Positions 20,219-30,213 of a stretch of DNA of 64,000 nt are shown here, one piece after another. Position 1 is the first letter of the stretch, and the number at the start of each line of letters is the position of its first letter. The DNA lies in assembly GCA_047602425.1 (NCBI GenBank), contig JASGHG010000001.1, positions 32,001 to 96,000 on the forward strand, read 5' to 3'. Under the pieces are notes generated by a model. That model was not told where the DNA came from. It was given only the letters and a program-made list of their open reading frames with translations, and did not search any database. The stretch is from Nibricoccus sp. (GTDB taxonomy: Bacteria > Verrucomicrobiota > Verrucomicrobiia > Opitutales > Opitutaceae). Both the position numbers and the translations under genes were made by a program.

Positions 20219-20354
20219 GAGTACTTTGTCCCGCGCTTCTGTATCCTCTGCGGTCAAAAAAAGATGAGTCTCAACGCCTATCTGCATCGTGGCGCTTCTG
20301 CGCGATCCCGGGCCGCCAGTTGACGTTTTCGCGTGTCTGGCCATACGTGCGCCC

Positions 20355-20891
20355 ATGCCTTTGCTCACCATCGTCCCGCCCATGCCTGGCGCCGAGCGCC
20401 GCTTCAAACCCTTTGTCGATTTCGTGCACAGCACCGGCTGGCAGACAGAATTTGTGCGGATAGAGTGGATCGGCGAGCAGCCCAACTTCGACTCGACCGC
20501 ACTCTTCTCCCAAGTCGACCTCCAGACGGCGGGCAAGGTCGTGATGGGTTTCTCCCTCGGCGCACTCTACGCGCATCTGGGCGCGCTGCGCGCCCGCCAT
20601 CTCATCCTCGGATCGATCTCGCCCTTCTTCCTCGAGGACGACGACGAACCGCAACGCTGGATGATCTCCTACCGAGCTGGCAACGCACACACGCCAGCCG
20701 ACATCCTCGTCGGTGCCAAAGAGGACGAACAAATGCACCGCCGCGCCACCTCCCTGCGCGATTTCTACCGCCACCACACCTACACCGACGTCCGCGACGC
20801 CGAGCACGAACTCTGGCACCCGAATTACCTGCAAGCCATCGCAACGTCCCTCGACCGGCTTAAGGCTCAACCGGCCAAACCAGCTGCCTGA
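20355..20891 (+). CDS. Small alpha/beta hydrolase-fold protein
   Basis: Nucleophile elbow GFSLG, VG.KE and C-terminal AEH; start uncertain. Confidence 0.6.
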   Translation: MPLLTIVPPMPGAERRFKPFVDFVHSTGWQTEFVRIEWIGEQPNFDSTALFSQVDLQTAGKVVMGFSLGALYAHLGALRARHLILGSISPFFLEDDDEPQRWMISYRAGNAHTPADILVGAKEDEQMHRRATSLRDFYRHHTYTDVRDAEHELWHPNYLQAIATSLDRLKAQPAKPAA

Positions 20892-20982
20892 GCCAAGCCA
20901 CAGCCCTATGACGTTTATATACAGTGGTTCAAAATTCGTAGGGCTCGACCTGGGTCGATGCCCCTGAAGATTCGTTTCCATT

Positions 20983-22380
20983 CTACGGCTTGCCCGCGGG
21001 TTTGATATTCTGGTTTATGTGAAAAAGATTATCCGGATCGTACTTCGCTTTTAGCTCTGCGAGTCGTTTATAGTTTGGCCCGTAGGCTGCTGCGACACGC
21101 TCGGACTCATCGCCGGTCAGGAAATTTACGTAAACACTGCCGGTAGCAAATGGCTCGGCAGCTTTGTGGAATGCTCGTGCCCAGGCGATGCATGCGCGGT
21201 CCTCTTCCGGAGTTTCCCAACGGCTATGCACGTTCATCGCAAAGTTGGCATCGCGGGCACCGTAGGCGGTGGAGTCAACCGCCGGCTTCGTCACCGCTCC
21301 TCCGAGCGCGCCAATAAAGATTTCGCAATCCGGCGATGGCAGTTGTCTCGCAGACTCGATCGCCGCGTCGAACAAACCCTCGTCCAGTTTCGCGAAGTTG
21401 TGCGACTTCCAATAGTTTCGCGCACCCGGTGCCAGCAATGGATCGAAGGCCTGTTGCCACGCCGTGAATGGCTGCAAGCCCAAATGCTCGCCACACCTTT
21501 TGCCTAAGCCGCGCAACGGTTCCACCAGCGCCAGGCTTTCCTCCAGACGCCCGCCGGTATGGAAAATCGCCAGCACGAGAACTTCGCGTCCGTGGATTTC
21601 CGATGATAGGAACGGAAGTGGCGGCGCCTTGCGCAGGATCGCCCATACGTTCAACTCGAGCGGAGCTGTGGCCATAAACGCCCGGTATTTTTGCAGCACT
21701 GACTTTGCGTCCGTCAGCGGAAAAACAATCAGGCCCGCGAACACCTCAGGCCCCACCCGATGCAGTCGAAACTCGAACTTCGTAACGATTCCGAAATTGC
21801 CCCCACCTCCACGCAAAGCCCAGAAAAGATCGGCGTTTTCCGCCGCGTTTGCGTGCACGGTCTGCCCATCGGCCTTAACCACTTCGGTCGACAGGAGGCT
21901 GTCAATGGTCAGTCCCAGCCGACGCGAAAGCCAACCAAACCCTCCTCCTAACGTGAGGCCTGCAATGCCCGTCGTGGAATTGATTCCGGTCGGAACCGCG
22001 AGGCCAAATTTCTGCGTCTCCCGATCCACATCGGCCAGCGTCGCTCCCGCCTGAACATATGCTCGCTGAGCCAACGGATCGACGTGTACGCGTTTCATCG
22101 ACGACAGGTCGATCACCAGTCCGCCATCGCAGAGCGCACTGCCGGCGATATTATGGCCACCTCCGCGCACTGCAACGTCCAGGCGGTGGGTGCGGGCGAA
22201 GTTCACGGCCGCTGAGACATCGGCGACGTTGGCACAACGCGCGATCGCCGCCGGTCGCTTGTCGATCATCGCGTTCCAAATCGTACGAGCGGCGTCGTAT
22301 CCAGGGGAATGCGGCAGCAATATTTCGCCACCAAATATTTTCTTCAAAGCGTCATACGTTTTCGAATCTACAAGAGCCAT
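20983..22380 (-). CDS. FAD-binding oxidoreductase (BBE/VAO family)
   Basis: RGGGH flavinylation motif, GIAGLTLGGGFG, DLFWALRGGGGNFGIVT and C-terminal Y.NF...RL..LKAKYDPDNLF. Confidence 0.95.
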   Translation of the reverse strand: MALVDSKTYDALKKIFGGEILLPHSPGYDAARTIWNAMIDKRPAAIARCANVADVSAAVNFARTHRLDVAVRGGGHNIAGSALCDGGLVIDLSSMKRVHVDPLAQRAYVQAGATLADVDRETQKFGLAVPTGINSTTGIAGLTLGGGFGWLSRRLGLTIDSLLSTEVVKADGQTVHANAAENADLFWALRGGGGNFGIVTKFEFRLHRVGPEVFAGLIVFPLTDAKSVLQKYRAFMATAPLELNVWAILRKAPPLPFLSSEIHGREVLVLAIFHTGGRLEESLALVEPLRGLGKRCGEHLGLQPFTAWQQAFDPLLAPGARNYWKSHNFAKLDEGLFDAAIESARQLPSPDCEIFIGALGGAVTKPAVDSTAYGARDANFAMNVHSRWETPEEDRACIAWARAFHKAAEPFATGSVYVNFLTGDESERVAAAYGPNYKRLAELKAKYDPDNLFHINQNIKPAGKP

Positions 22381-22761
22381 GGTTGAATCCTCATTTCAGT
22401 TTAATTGTAACCTGACGACCGGTTCGTCTAAAACCGATCGCCAGGTTGTAATGATGTGCCAAATCAACGAACAACCATCCCCTAGGAGAATATTGTCGAT
22501 GATGAGGTGCTTAAGCCGCCGGACGCGCCCACAAGGCGCCAACCCTACCCCCGCGTCGAAATCTCTAACGTAACAATGCTGTTACCAGCAAAGCACCTGC
22601 ATCTACCTGCTGGAAAATAACTTTAACCCGAAAACAAAATTTCAAAATCGCGATGTCTTGGTCGACTAAAGATCCCCCCAGCCAAGCCATCTATTTGATC
22701 CAAGATAAGGCCGCTGCTGGAAAATGTCTTTATTGAGCGAGATCTGCGCTGTCGTTTGTTT

Positions 22762-23550
22762 TCAAGATGCAGGGCCTGCTGTGTGTGAGGCTTTACGTCT
22801 GAGCTCGACTTGAAGATGCCACGCCTGAAGTGCATTGGCATATGTCTCCCCCTGAAGTTTCGGTCCCTCCCAAACCACGGAACTCTTCAACTCGTGTACC
22901 TCACGCATTCGTCGCGATGCCACTTCCTCAGGCAAGTTGAGTGCGCTTTTAAACACGGTTGTGACGTAGCTCATCAGGTTCACGGGATCGTTGAGCACCA
23001 TCACCTGCCATACTTCACTTGTCGCCATACTATTGGCATCTTCCAGCGGCTGTTTCTGTTTCGAGAAAAACTTCTTTACCGGCGAAACCAAAGCTTGCCA
23101 CATCCTTATCGTCCCAGGTGAAAAGGTCGGCACGGCGAGAAGTTTTTCGACAATAGTTTCCTGCAATGTCGCGAGAAAACAATAGCACGTAAACGAAGGA
23201 CGCTCGTCGCCAATATACTTTTCGGGATCTAAGTTTCCGGTTTCCAGAACCGTGTCAGGAATCGACGACAGAGCACTTTTTCTGAGCTGTATGCGCAAAT
23301 AGGAACAGGCCCGAAGTACTACTGGTCCTTCTGATCTGTCTACTGTTATCACTCCGGAATTTGAGAAATCAGGATAGGAAAATAATTCTAGCAATCGGTG
23401 CACCTCTAACCAGTTGACCTGCTGCCGATCCATTTGACCTTTTAACGTTGCAGGATCGGCAATGGCCATTTGGTCAGCTTGCTGCCTAATCAATTCGATC
23501 AAAGGAATGATAACTGGGACCGCCAGTTTGATGTGTATTCGGGTAACCAC
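22762..23550 (-). CDS. DUF2017-like domain fused to ClpS adaptor domain
   Basis: C-terminal WQVMVLNDPVNLMSYV...RMREVH ClpS motif; N-terminal helical region ending CYCFLATLQETIVEKL; GTG start. Confidence 0.75.
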   Translation of the reverse strand: MVTRIHIKLAVPVIIPLIELIRQQADQMAIADPATLKGQMDRQQVNWLEVHRLLELFSYPDFSNSGVITVDRSEGPVVLRACSYLRIQLRKSALSSIPDTVLETGNLDPEKYIGDERPSFTCYCFLATLQETIVEKLLAVPTFSPGTIRMWQALVSPVKKFFSKQKQPLEDANSMATSEVWQVMVLNDPVNLMSYVTTVFKSALNLPEEVASRRMREVHELKSSVVWEGPKLQGETYANALQAWHLQVELRRKASHTAGPAS

Positions 23551-23810
23551 TGGCGCAATCTAAGCAGTCGCATTTTAACGAACAATCATATTCCTCCAAC
23601 CGCCATCGACAATTCGTAGTCCAGCAATACCTAATGCGACCGAACCAAATTTCCCGTGGCCATCCATGCGCAGCGTTCGCAATTTGATCTCGCATTGCCT
23701 CAAACGCACGTCCCGACGAGTAGCCGCCGTGCGTTGCCCAAGCCCGGGACCACGAAGGCTTTCATTTGCAGGAGTTGCCTCGCGGTCAATCGACTCCATG
23801 TTCGTTGTCG

Positions 23811-24230
23811 ATGAGTACGTCCGTTCCACTTTTGGCCCGTTTGCTGATCACGGCAGCGACACTCGCGTACGGTGTCGGACCGTTCATAATGGATATGAAT
23901 AAGACGCATTTGGTGCATCCGGCTTGGCCGGGCCATGCGCGCTTCCATCTGTTCTGGGCAGCATCATCGCAACTGGCCGTTGCAGGCGTAGCGCTGTGGC
24001 TATTGTGGGCCAGCGGCGAGCCTGAGCTACTGCACTGTCGGCTAGCCGCGTATCTTGGATTGGCGATGAACTCAGGATTTTTCGCCGCACTGGTATTCAG
24101 AAAATACTTTCGCGGTACTTTGCATGACCCGCAGGGAATTTCTCCAATCGCCGGAAAGATCGATGGCAATATCCTCGCGGTCCTCGCAATCGTCGCGCTC
24201 CTGATCGGGGGTTTGTGCTCCCTAAGCTGA
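23811..24230 (+). CDS. Membrane protein, DUF6640-like
   Basis: H..HPAWPGHARFH motif and four hydrophobic segments. Confidence 0.7.
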   Translation: MSTSVPLLARLLITAATLAYGVGPFIMDMNKTHLVHPAWPGHARFHLFWAASSQLAVAGVALWLLWASGEPELLHCRLAAYLGLAMNSGFFAALVFRKYFRGTLHDPQGISPIAGKIDGNILAVLAIVALLIGGLCSLS

Positions 24231-24234
24231 GTCA

Positions 24235-25152
24235 TCAACCAGAAGACTTATTGAGACCCGTCTCTTTTAAGACCTTCTCATGATTTTGGCTCTGGCGATT
24301 TATCCGGGGATTTTCGAAAGGTAAGATTTTCCCATTTGCAATATGAAATAAATTGCCGGTCAGACGATAGCTGGGTTTATTCGCGTAGATCTTTTCGACG
24401 GCGCTACGAATCTTCCCTATGCCTGCTTGGTCGTCAGAACTTGTTATGATCAAAACGTCTCGAGTAGGCACCGCGAAAACGGGTTGGCCTGCCAATTCGA
24501 AATTATCCTTCCCCCAAATCCATGGATAGAGAATCAGTGACGATTCATAGGTTCCTCCAGCAGTATAGTAGTAAACACCGTTCAGATCATGACGCTCGAT
24601 CTTCTGCAATCGGCCTTGGAGATTCTTAAGAGCCATAGTGTGCAACCTTTCTAGTGAGAGCCCCAGTTTCTTTACCTCTTCGACGTGCAGGTAGGTTATC
24701 GTTTCACCCCGATCTTGAGCATAAAGTATGACCAGTCCGTCACAGATATCCTCTTTGACGTAGTCGATCATCTCAGCGCCTGACGACGCTTTGATCGCAG
24801 CATTCGTCTCGCGAATCCACTCGGTGTCTTTTATAACTGGCACGATACGGTCTAATTCGATTTTCGAGCTTTCCTGTGGCAGCGCTGCCTTGCCATATCG
24901 GGCAACGATCTCATCGAAATTTTGGGGAGAAAATCGGTATTCGAAAAAGCTATTGTCGAGCCAATGCTTCGAATCGTAGGTGTCGCCGACTTTGATCGAC
25001 AGCTCCAGATCGGCACTCACCGTAACCTGCATTTGCGGGTACAATTCTGTTAGCTTCTTCGCATATTGCGCCGTATATTCAGTCGAATTCATCTCGCCTA
25101 ATAAAGTCAGTGAGCATGACGTTAGGAGCAACGTTGCAAAAAACTTACGCAT
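24235..25152 (-). CDS. Exported DUF1444 (YtpQ)-like protein
   Basis: Signal peptide; IVPVIK, L.ILYA.D, ALKNL, YESSLIL and AVPTRDVLII motifs; AT-richer than its flanks. Confidence 0.7.
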   Translation of the reverse strand: MRKFFATLLLTSCSLTLLGEMNSTEYTAQYAKKLTELYPQMQVTVSADLELSIKVGDTYDSKHWLDNSFFEYRFSPQNFDEIVARYGKAALPQESSKIELDRIVPVIKDTEWIRETNAAIKASSGAEMIDYVKEDICDGLVILYAQDRGETITYLHVEEVKKLGLSLERLHTMALKNLQGRLQKIERHDLNGVYYYTAGGTYESSLILYPWIWGKDNFELAGQPVFAVPTRDVLIITSSDDQAGIGKIRSAVEKIYANKPSYRLTGNLFHIANGKILPFENPRINRQSQNHEKVLKETGLNKSSG

Positions 25153-25232
25153 AAAGGGCTAGTATCGAAGGTTGGCGGTTAAGCTAACGGCATTATGTCT
25201 AGTATAGCCACCCTGAACTAATCCAAGTCAGA

Positions 25233-25586
25233 CTACCCCCTCAGCACTTTCTCAAGCGCTTTCCCTTTCGCCAACTCGTCGACCAGTTTGTCGAGGTAGC
25301 GGACTTCGCGCATCAAGGGATCCTCGATCTCTTCGATTTTTATCCCGCAAATTGTACCTTTGATTTGATTGCGGAGCGGATTCAGCTTCGGGGCTTGGGC
25401 GAAGAAATTTTCGTAGTCGGTCTGTTTTTTCAATTGCGCGTCCAGTTCGCGCTGGCTGTAGCCGGTCAGCCAATGGATGACGGTGTCGACTTCGGCCTTC
25501 GTGCGTCCCTTCTTTTCCACTTTGGCCACCAACAGTGGATATACTTTCGCGAAGGGCATGGTGTAGATGCGATGTTTCGTGTTCAT
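25233..25586 (-). CDS. DUF2200 family protein
   Basis: F..VYP....[17 protein letters not shown] and [21 protein letters not shown]. Confidence 0.9.
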   Translation of the reverse strand: MNTKHRIYTMPFAKVYPLLVAKVEKKGRTKAEVDTVIHWLTGYSQRELDAQLKKQTDYENFFAQAPKLNPLRNQIKGTICGIKIEEIEDPLMREVRYLDKLVDELAKGKALEKVLRG

Positions 25587-25690
25587 GTGGGGAAAAGCAC
25601 CATGGTTGGAGAGCGCGGCGTTGCAACTGGGTCCCACCCGTAAAAGTCGGGCTCACGTTGCGAATCCCTTCTTCGACCGTAGTCTTCGAG

Positions 25691-26251
25691 ATGCGACCTC
25701 TTCGATATTCCATCAACATAACTTTGGACGGGTGCTGCGATCATCGGGGAGGTATCGCGGACGAAGAATTGCATCGTCACGCGGCCGAAAATATCGCGCG
25801 GGCCGACGCCCTCCTCTTTGGGCGCGTGATTTACCAAATGATGGAAGAGGCCTGGCGGGCGCCGGCGCAGACGGGTGTGGTGCCTGACTGGATGCAACCG
25901 TGGATGCTGCCCTTCGCCCGAACCATCGACAGGGCTAAAAAATACGTCGCCTCCCGCACCCTGGCCCGGGTCGACTGGAACGCAGAGCTCGTGCACGGGG
26001 ACCTCGAAACCGCCATTCGGCAGCTGAAACAAGAGCCGGGCACCGGAATTTTTGTCGGTGGCGTTAAGTTCGCGCAGGCCCTGGCCGAACTAGGACTCAT
26101 CGACGAGTACGAGTGTATCGTGCATCCCAGAATCGCGGGACACGGGCCGACGCTTTTCGCAGGGCTATCGAAGCCTCTCGATCTGAAGCTCGTGAGCCGG
26201 CAGGAGTTCAAGTCGGGCGCGGTCGTGATGCGATACGAGCTGAGAAAGTAA
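25691..26251 (+). CDS. Dihydrofolate reductase family (RibD C-terminal) protein
   Basis: NITLDG, LLFGRVIYQMM, KKYVASRTL and GLIDEY...VHP.IAGHG..LF. Confidence 0.9.
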   Translation: MRPLRYSINITLDGCCDHRGGIADEELHRHAAENIARADALLFGRVIYQMMEEAWRAPAQTGVVPDWMQPWMLPFARTIDRAKKYVASRTLARVDWNAELVHGDLETAIRQLKQEPGTGIFVGGVKFAQALAELGLIDEYECIVHPRIAGHGPTLFAGLSKPLDLKLVSRQEFKSGAVVMRYELRK

Positions 26252-26546
26252 GCCTTTCAATTTTCAGCACGGTCCGAGGAAATCGAAAAGACAACGGGAG
26301 GAAGACCGCCGTATTTAACCCGCCACTACACGATTTTCTCGCGCCCCGCTGGCTTTGAGGGTGTCCATCTGCCGCTGGTCGGCGAGCAGAATTCGCTCAA
26401 CGCGTTTTTTACTTTGACCCCGTGGCTTAGAGGGTGCCCCTTGCGCATCTGTCCGAAAACCAGCTCGTTTTTCACCGGCATGGCCATCCAGCGGGACGCA
26501 ATGTCGACTCTCACTTCACTTCGCCGCCCTCTCCTTTTTTCTGCCT

Positions 26547-27836
26547 ATGTCTTCTTCCACCGCGTCTCCCATCCCGGCCGCGAAGGTCTCGGAACCGTTC
26601 ACGCCGTACGAAAAGTTTCTCGTCGCGCTGATCGTGTTTCTGAACTTCACGGTGATTTTGGATTTCATGATCCTGTCGCCGCTCGGCGCGATGCTCATTC
26701 CGCAACTGCACATCACGACCGGGGAATTCGGCGAAGTCGTTTCCGGATATGCGATCGCCGCCGGCATTTCCGGACTGCTCGCTGCGGGCTTCGCCGACCG
26801 CTTCGATCGCAAGCACCTGCTCCTCTTTTTCTACGTCGGCTTTCTCATCGGTACGCTTCTGTGTGCGCTGGCCACGAGTTATACCTTTTTGCTCATCGCG
26901 CGCATTGTGACCGGGCTGTTCGGTGGTGTGATCGGCTCTGTCGGCATGGCAATCGTCGCCGATATGTTCGCGCTCCATCGGCGCGGACGTGTGATGGGCC
27001 TGATTCAAACCGCCTTCGCCGGCGCCCAGGTGCTCGGCCTGCCAATCGGCCTGTATCTCGCTAACCATTTCGGCTGGCACAGCGGTTTCTATTTTATTGT
27101 CGCCGTCGGCGCCGTGGTGGCGGTCGTGATCGCGGTATTTCTCCGCCCCATCAACATGCATTTATCCGGCGGGCCCAAGCGCCACCCTGTGGAACATCTT
27201 TGGCTCACGGCCACCAATCGCCATTACCTCGTCGGCTTTTTGGCCAACATTCTTCTCGCGACGGGCGGGTTCATGCTCATGCCCTTCGCGACGACGTTTT
27301 CCGTGAACAACCTCGGCATTTCCTTCGCGCAACTGCCCGTAATCTACATGATCACCGGCTGCTCCACCGTCATCACCGGACCGTTACTGGGAAAATTGAG
27401 CGATGCGGTGGGCAAGTACCGGCTGTTTCTGGCCGCCTCGGTGGTCGGCATCGGCGTCGTGCTTTTTTATACGCGGCTTGGCGTGACTCCGCTTTGGGAG
27501 GTGGTCGTGATCAATACCGTGCTCTTCTCCACGATTTCGGGGCGCATGATTTCTGCGGCGGCGTTGATGTCCGCCGTGCCGGAAATGACCGACCGCGGCG
27601 CGTATATGTCGATCGGAAATTCGATGGCACAACTGGCCGGCGGCGTGGCTTCGTGGGTGGCTGGCAAAGTCGTCGTGCAATCACCGGCGGGGCCATTGGA
27701 ACATTACCCCACGCTCGGAATCATCGTCGCCAGTGCGATGGTGGTCAGTGCGGCAATGGTCTACCAAGTCCATCGGCTGGTTAGGGATAAGCAGCCAAAA
27801 CCGACCGCTCCCGCCGTCCCCGTGTCTACCAGCTGA
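26547..27836 (+). CDS. MFS transporter
   Basis: About 12 TM segments; motif A (ADRFDRK; LSDAVGK) and ARIVTGLFGG. Confidence 0.92.
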   Translation: MSSSTASPIPAAKVSEPFTPYEKFLVALIVFLNFTVILDFMILSPLGAMLIPQLHITTGEFGEVVSGYAIAAGISGLLAAGFADRFDRKHLLLFFYVGFLIGTLLCALATSYTFLLIARIVTGLFGGVIGSVGMAIVADMFALHRRGRVMGLIQTAFAGAQVLGLPIGLYLANHFGWHSGFYFIVAVGAVVAVVIAVFLRPINMHLSGGPKRHPVEHLWLTATNRHYLVGFLANILLATGGFMLMPFATTFSVNNLGISFAQLPVIYMITGCSTVITGPLLGKLSDAVGKYRLFLAASVVGIGVVLFYTRLGVTPLWEVVVINTVLFSTISGRMISAAALMSAVPEMTDRGAYMSIGNSMAQLAGGVASWVAGKVVVQSPAGPLEHYPTLGIIVASAMVVSAAMVYQVHRLVRDKQPKPTAPAVPVSTS

Positions 27837-27998
27837 GAACGGGAGCCGACGCTTTCGTGAATCTCGATTCGATGCATGGGTCTTCATCGGGATAGAAAAG
27901 AACCATGGCGGAAAGTGCCTTCTCGCAACTGGAGCGGACGTCTGGCGCAACAAACTGGCGCGAGAGCCATCATTTGCGTGCAGAAGAGGGCCGCACGG

Positions 27999-28305
27999 TG
28001 TAAATCATTGGCCGCAGCCTGCAAGCAGGCCACCGCAACGTGTAAGTCCCCCACCGCAACGTGTAAGTCCCCCACCGTACCGTGTCAGACGCCCGCCGCA
28101 GCGTGTCAGCTCTTTGCCGGAGCGTGTAAGGCGACCGCCGACGCGTGCGAGCTCCTCACCGCAGCGTGTCAATCGACCGCCGATGCGTGTAGGTCGGCCA
28201 CCGATGGATGTAAGTTGCAAATCGGTTGCGTGCAGCAGCCCACCGCACCGAGCGAGAGGCTTGCCGATGCGTGTCGATCGCTTCCCGCAGCGTGCGAGCG
28301 CGATG
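27999..28305. repeat. Degenerate 21-bp tandem repeat, about 14-15 units
   Basis: Unit consensus about TGTAAGTCCCCCACCGCAGCG; heptad periodicity is visible in several translated frames. Confidence 0.85.
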
Positions 28306-28373
28306 AAAACTCATCTTTGCTGATCAGGAACGCCTCTTTTCTATCAGTACCTCTCAGTGATCATCAGTGGTTC

Positions 28374-28406
28374 AAAAAAAGAACCCGCACTTTCGGTGCG
28401 GGTTCT
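28374..28406 (-). terminator. Intrinsic terminator of gpmI
   Basis: AGAACCCGCAC-TTTCG-GTGCGGGTTCT with a preceding A7 tract. Confidence 0.85.
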
Positions 28407-28454
28407 GCGGTTGAGAAAGATAAAGATTAGGAGAACGAGAAAGATTCGTTCGCT

Positions 28455-30041
28455 TTAGCCGAGGAAGAGGCATTCGCCGGTCATCTCGGCGGGTTTGGGG
28501 AGGCCCATCAAGGCGAGGACGGTCGGGGCGATGTCCGCCAAGCGACCGCCGGTGCGCATCTTGGTCTTGCCGGCAGCAAACTTGTCGCCAACGACAAAAA
28601 CCTCAACCAGGTTCAAGGTGTGCGCGGTGTGCGGGCCGTTGGTGGTGTAGTCCCACATCTGCTCGGCGTTGCCGTGGTCGGCGCAAACGAGCGCCTGGCC
28701 ACCCATCTTGGCGACGGCGGCGAGGAGTTCGGTGCAGCCCACGTCGGTCGCTTCGACGGCCTTGACGACCGCGGCGAGATTGCCGGTGTGGCCGACCATG
28801 TCGGGATTGGCGTAGTTAACGACGATCAGGCCGTATTTGCCGGAGAGAATCGCGTCCTTCGCAGCCTTGGTAACTTCGACCGAAGACATCTCGGGCTGGA
28901 GATCGTAGGTCGCCACCTTCGGGCTGGCCGGGCAGGCGCGGTCTTCGCCGGGGAATGGATCTTTGTTGTAGTTATTGAAGAAGAACGTGACGTGCGGGTT
29001 CTTCTCGGTCTCGGCGCAGCGGAACTGGTTGATGCCGGCGTCGGCGACGACTTTGCCGAGGATGTTTTTGAGTTTTTCGGGCTTGGGGGAAACAACGTTT
29101 ACCGGCAAACCTGACTCGTATTCGGTCATGGTCGCGTAGTAGAGATCGAGTTTCTCGCCGCGGTCGAATTCCTTGAAGCCGTCGATCACGAAGGCCTTGG
29201 TGATCTCGCGGGGGCGGTCGCCGCGGTAGTTGTAGAAGAGCACGGAGTCGCCGTTGGCGAAGGTCGCGAGCGGCTTGCCGTCGGCGCCGAGGATCCAGGT
29301 CGGGAGAACGAATTCATCGCCCTTCTGCGATTCGCCGAGAGGCTTGTCGTAGTACTGCTGCACGGCGGCCGCGGCGGATTTGGCGGTGGCTTCGGCTTTT
29401 TTGCCGGTGAGCATGTTGTACGCTTTCGAGACGCGGTCCCAACGGTTGTCGCGGTCCATGACCCAGAAGCGACCGCAAACGCTGGCGATTTTGCCGACGC
29501 CGATCTTGGCGGCCTGTTCCTCAACCTGTTGCACATAGCCAAGACCGCTGGTCGGCGGCGTGTCGCGTCCGTCGGTGAAGGCGTGGATGAAGACGTTCTT
29601 CACGCCGTCTTCCTTGGCTTGGCGGAGAATGCCGTAGAGGTGCTCGAGCATGCCATGCACGCCGGCGTCGGAAACGATGCCCATGAGATGCAGCTTGGCG
29701 TTGGGATTCGCCTTCACGCGGGCGACGGCGGCCTTCCAGACGGCGTTGGTGGCGAGGCGTTTTTCCGAAAAGAGCTTGTTGAGACGAACCAGTTCCTGAT
29801 CCACAATGCGGCCGGCGCCGATGTTTTCGTGGCCAACTTCGCTGTTGCCCATCACGCCCTCGGGCAGACCGACGTCGAGGCCGCTGGCGGCGACAAGCGC
29901 GAAGGGATATTTCGCGTGGAGCATGTCGTCGCAGGGAACCTTGGCCTGCTTGACGGCGTTGAACTTGTCTTGGGACGAGTCGGGGTTCTTACCCCAACCA
30001 TCGCGGATGACGAGGAGGACGGGTTTGCGCGGATTGCTCAT
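28455..30041 (-). CDS. gpmI: 2,3-bisphosphoglycerate-independent phosphoglycerate mutase
   Basis: DGWG, MGNSEVGH.NIGAGR, HAFTDGRD, MDRDNRW, AETEK.PHVTFF, NPDMVGHTG and ADHGNAE. Confidence 0.97.
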   Translation of the reverse strand: MSNPRKPVLLVIRDGWGKNPDSSQDKFNAVKQAKVPCDDMLHAKYPFALVAASGLDVGLPEGVMGNSEVGHENIGAGRIVDQELVRLNKLFSEKRLATNAVWKAAVARVKANPNAKLHLMGIVSDAGVHGMLEHLYGILRQAKEDGVKNVFIHAFTDGRDTPPTSGLGYVQQVEEQAAKIGVGKIASVCGRFWVMDRDNRWDRVSKAYNMLTGKKAEATAKSAAAAVQQYYDKPLGESQKGDEFVLPTWILGADGKPLATFANGDSVLFYNYRGDRPREITKAFVIDGFKEFDRGEKLDLYYATMTEYESGLPVNVVSPKPEKLKNILGKVVADAGINQFRCAETEKNPHVTFFFNNYNKDPFPGEDRACPASPKVATYDLQPEMSSVEVTKAAKDAILSGKYGLIVVNYANPDMVGHTGNLAAVVKAVEATDVGCTELLAAVAKMGGQALVCADHGNAEQMWDYTTNGPHTAHTLNLVEVFVVGDKFAAGKTKMRTGGRLADIAPTVLALMGLPKPAEMTGECLFLG

Positions 30042-30213
30042 AAGATGAAAGGTTAAGGGATGACCGGCGAAGGCCCGGGGCGGAAGGCCAAAGTTAAGGA
30101 CTTCTGATAGTATTCGCCGCCAAGATACGGCCGTTAAAATTTTTCTCAGGTGGGCCGTAGTTGGCAGAAAGACTGCTAAGAATTCGATTCATGGAAGAAA
30201 CGAAAGGCAAAGC

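Noticed and set aside
27999..28310. Possible CRISPR array
   Set aside because: Units are contiguous degenerate 21-mers with no unique spacers, and no cas genes are present.
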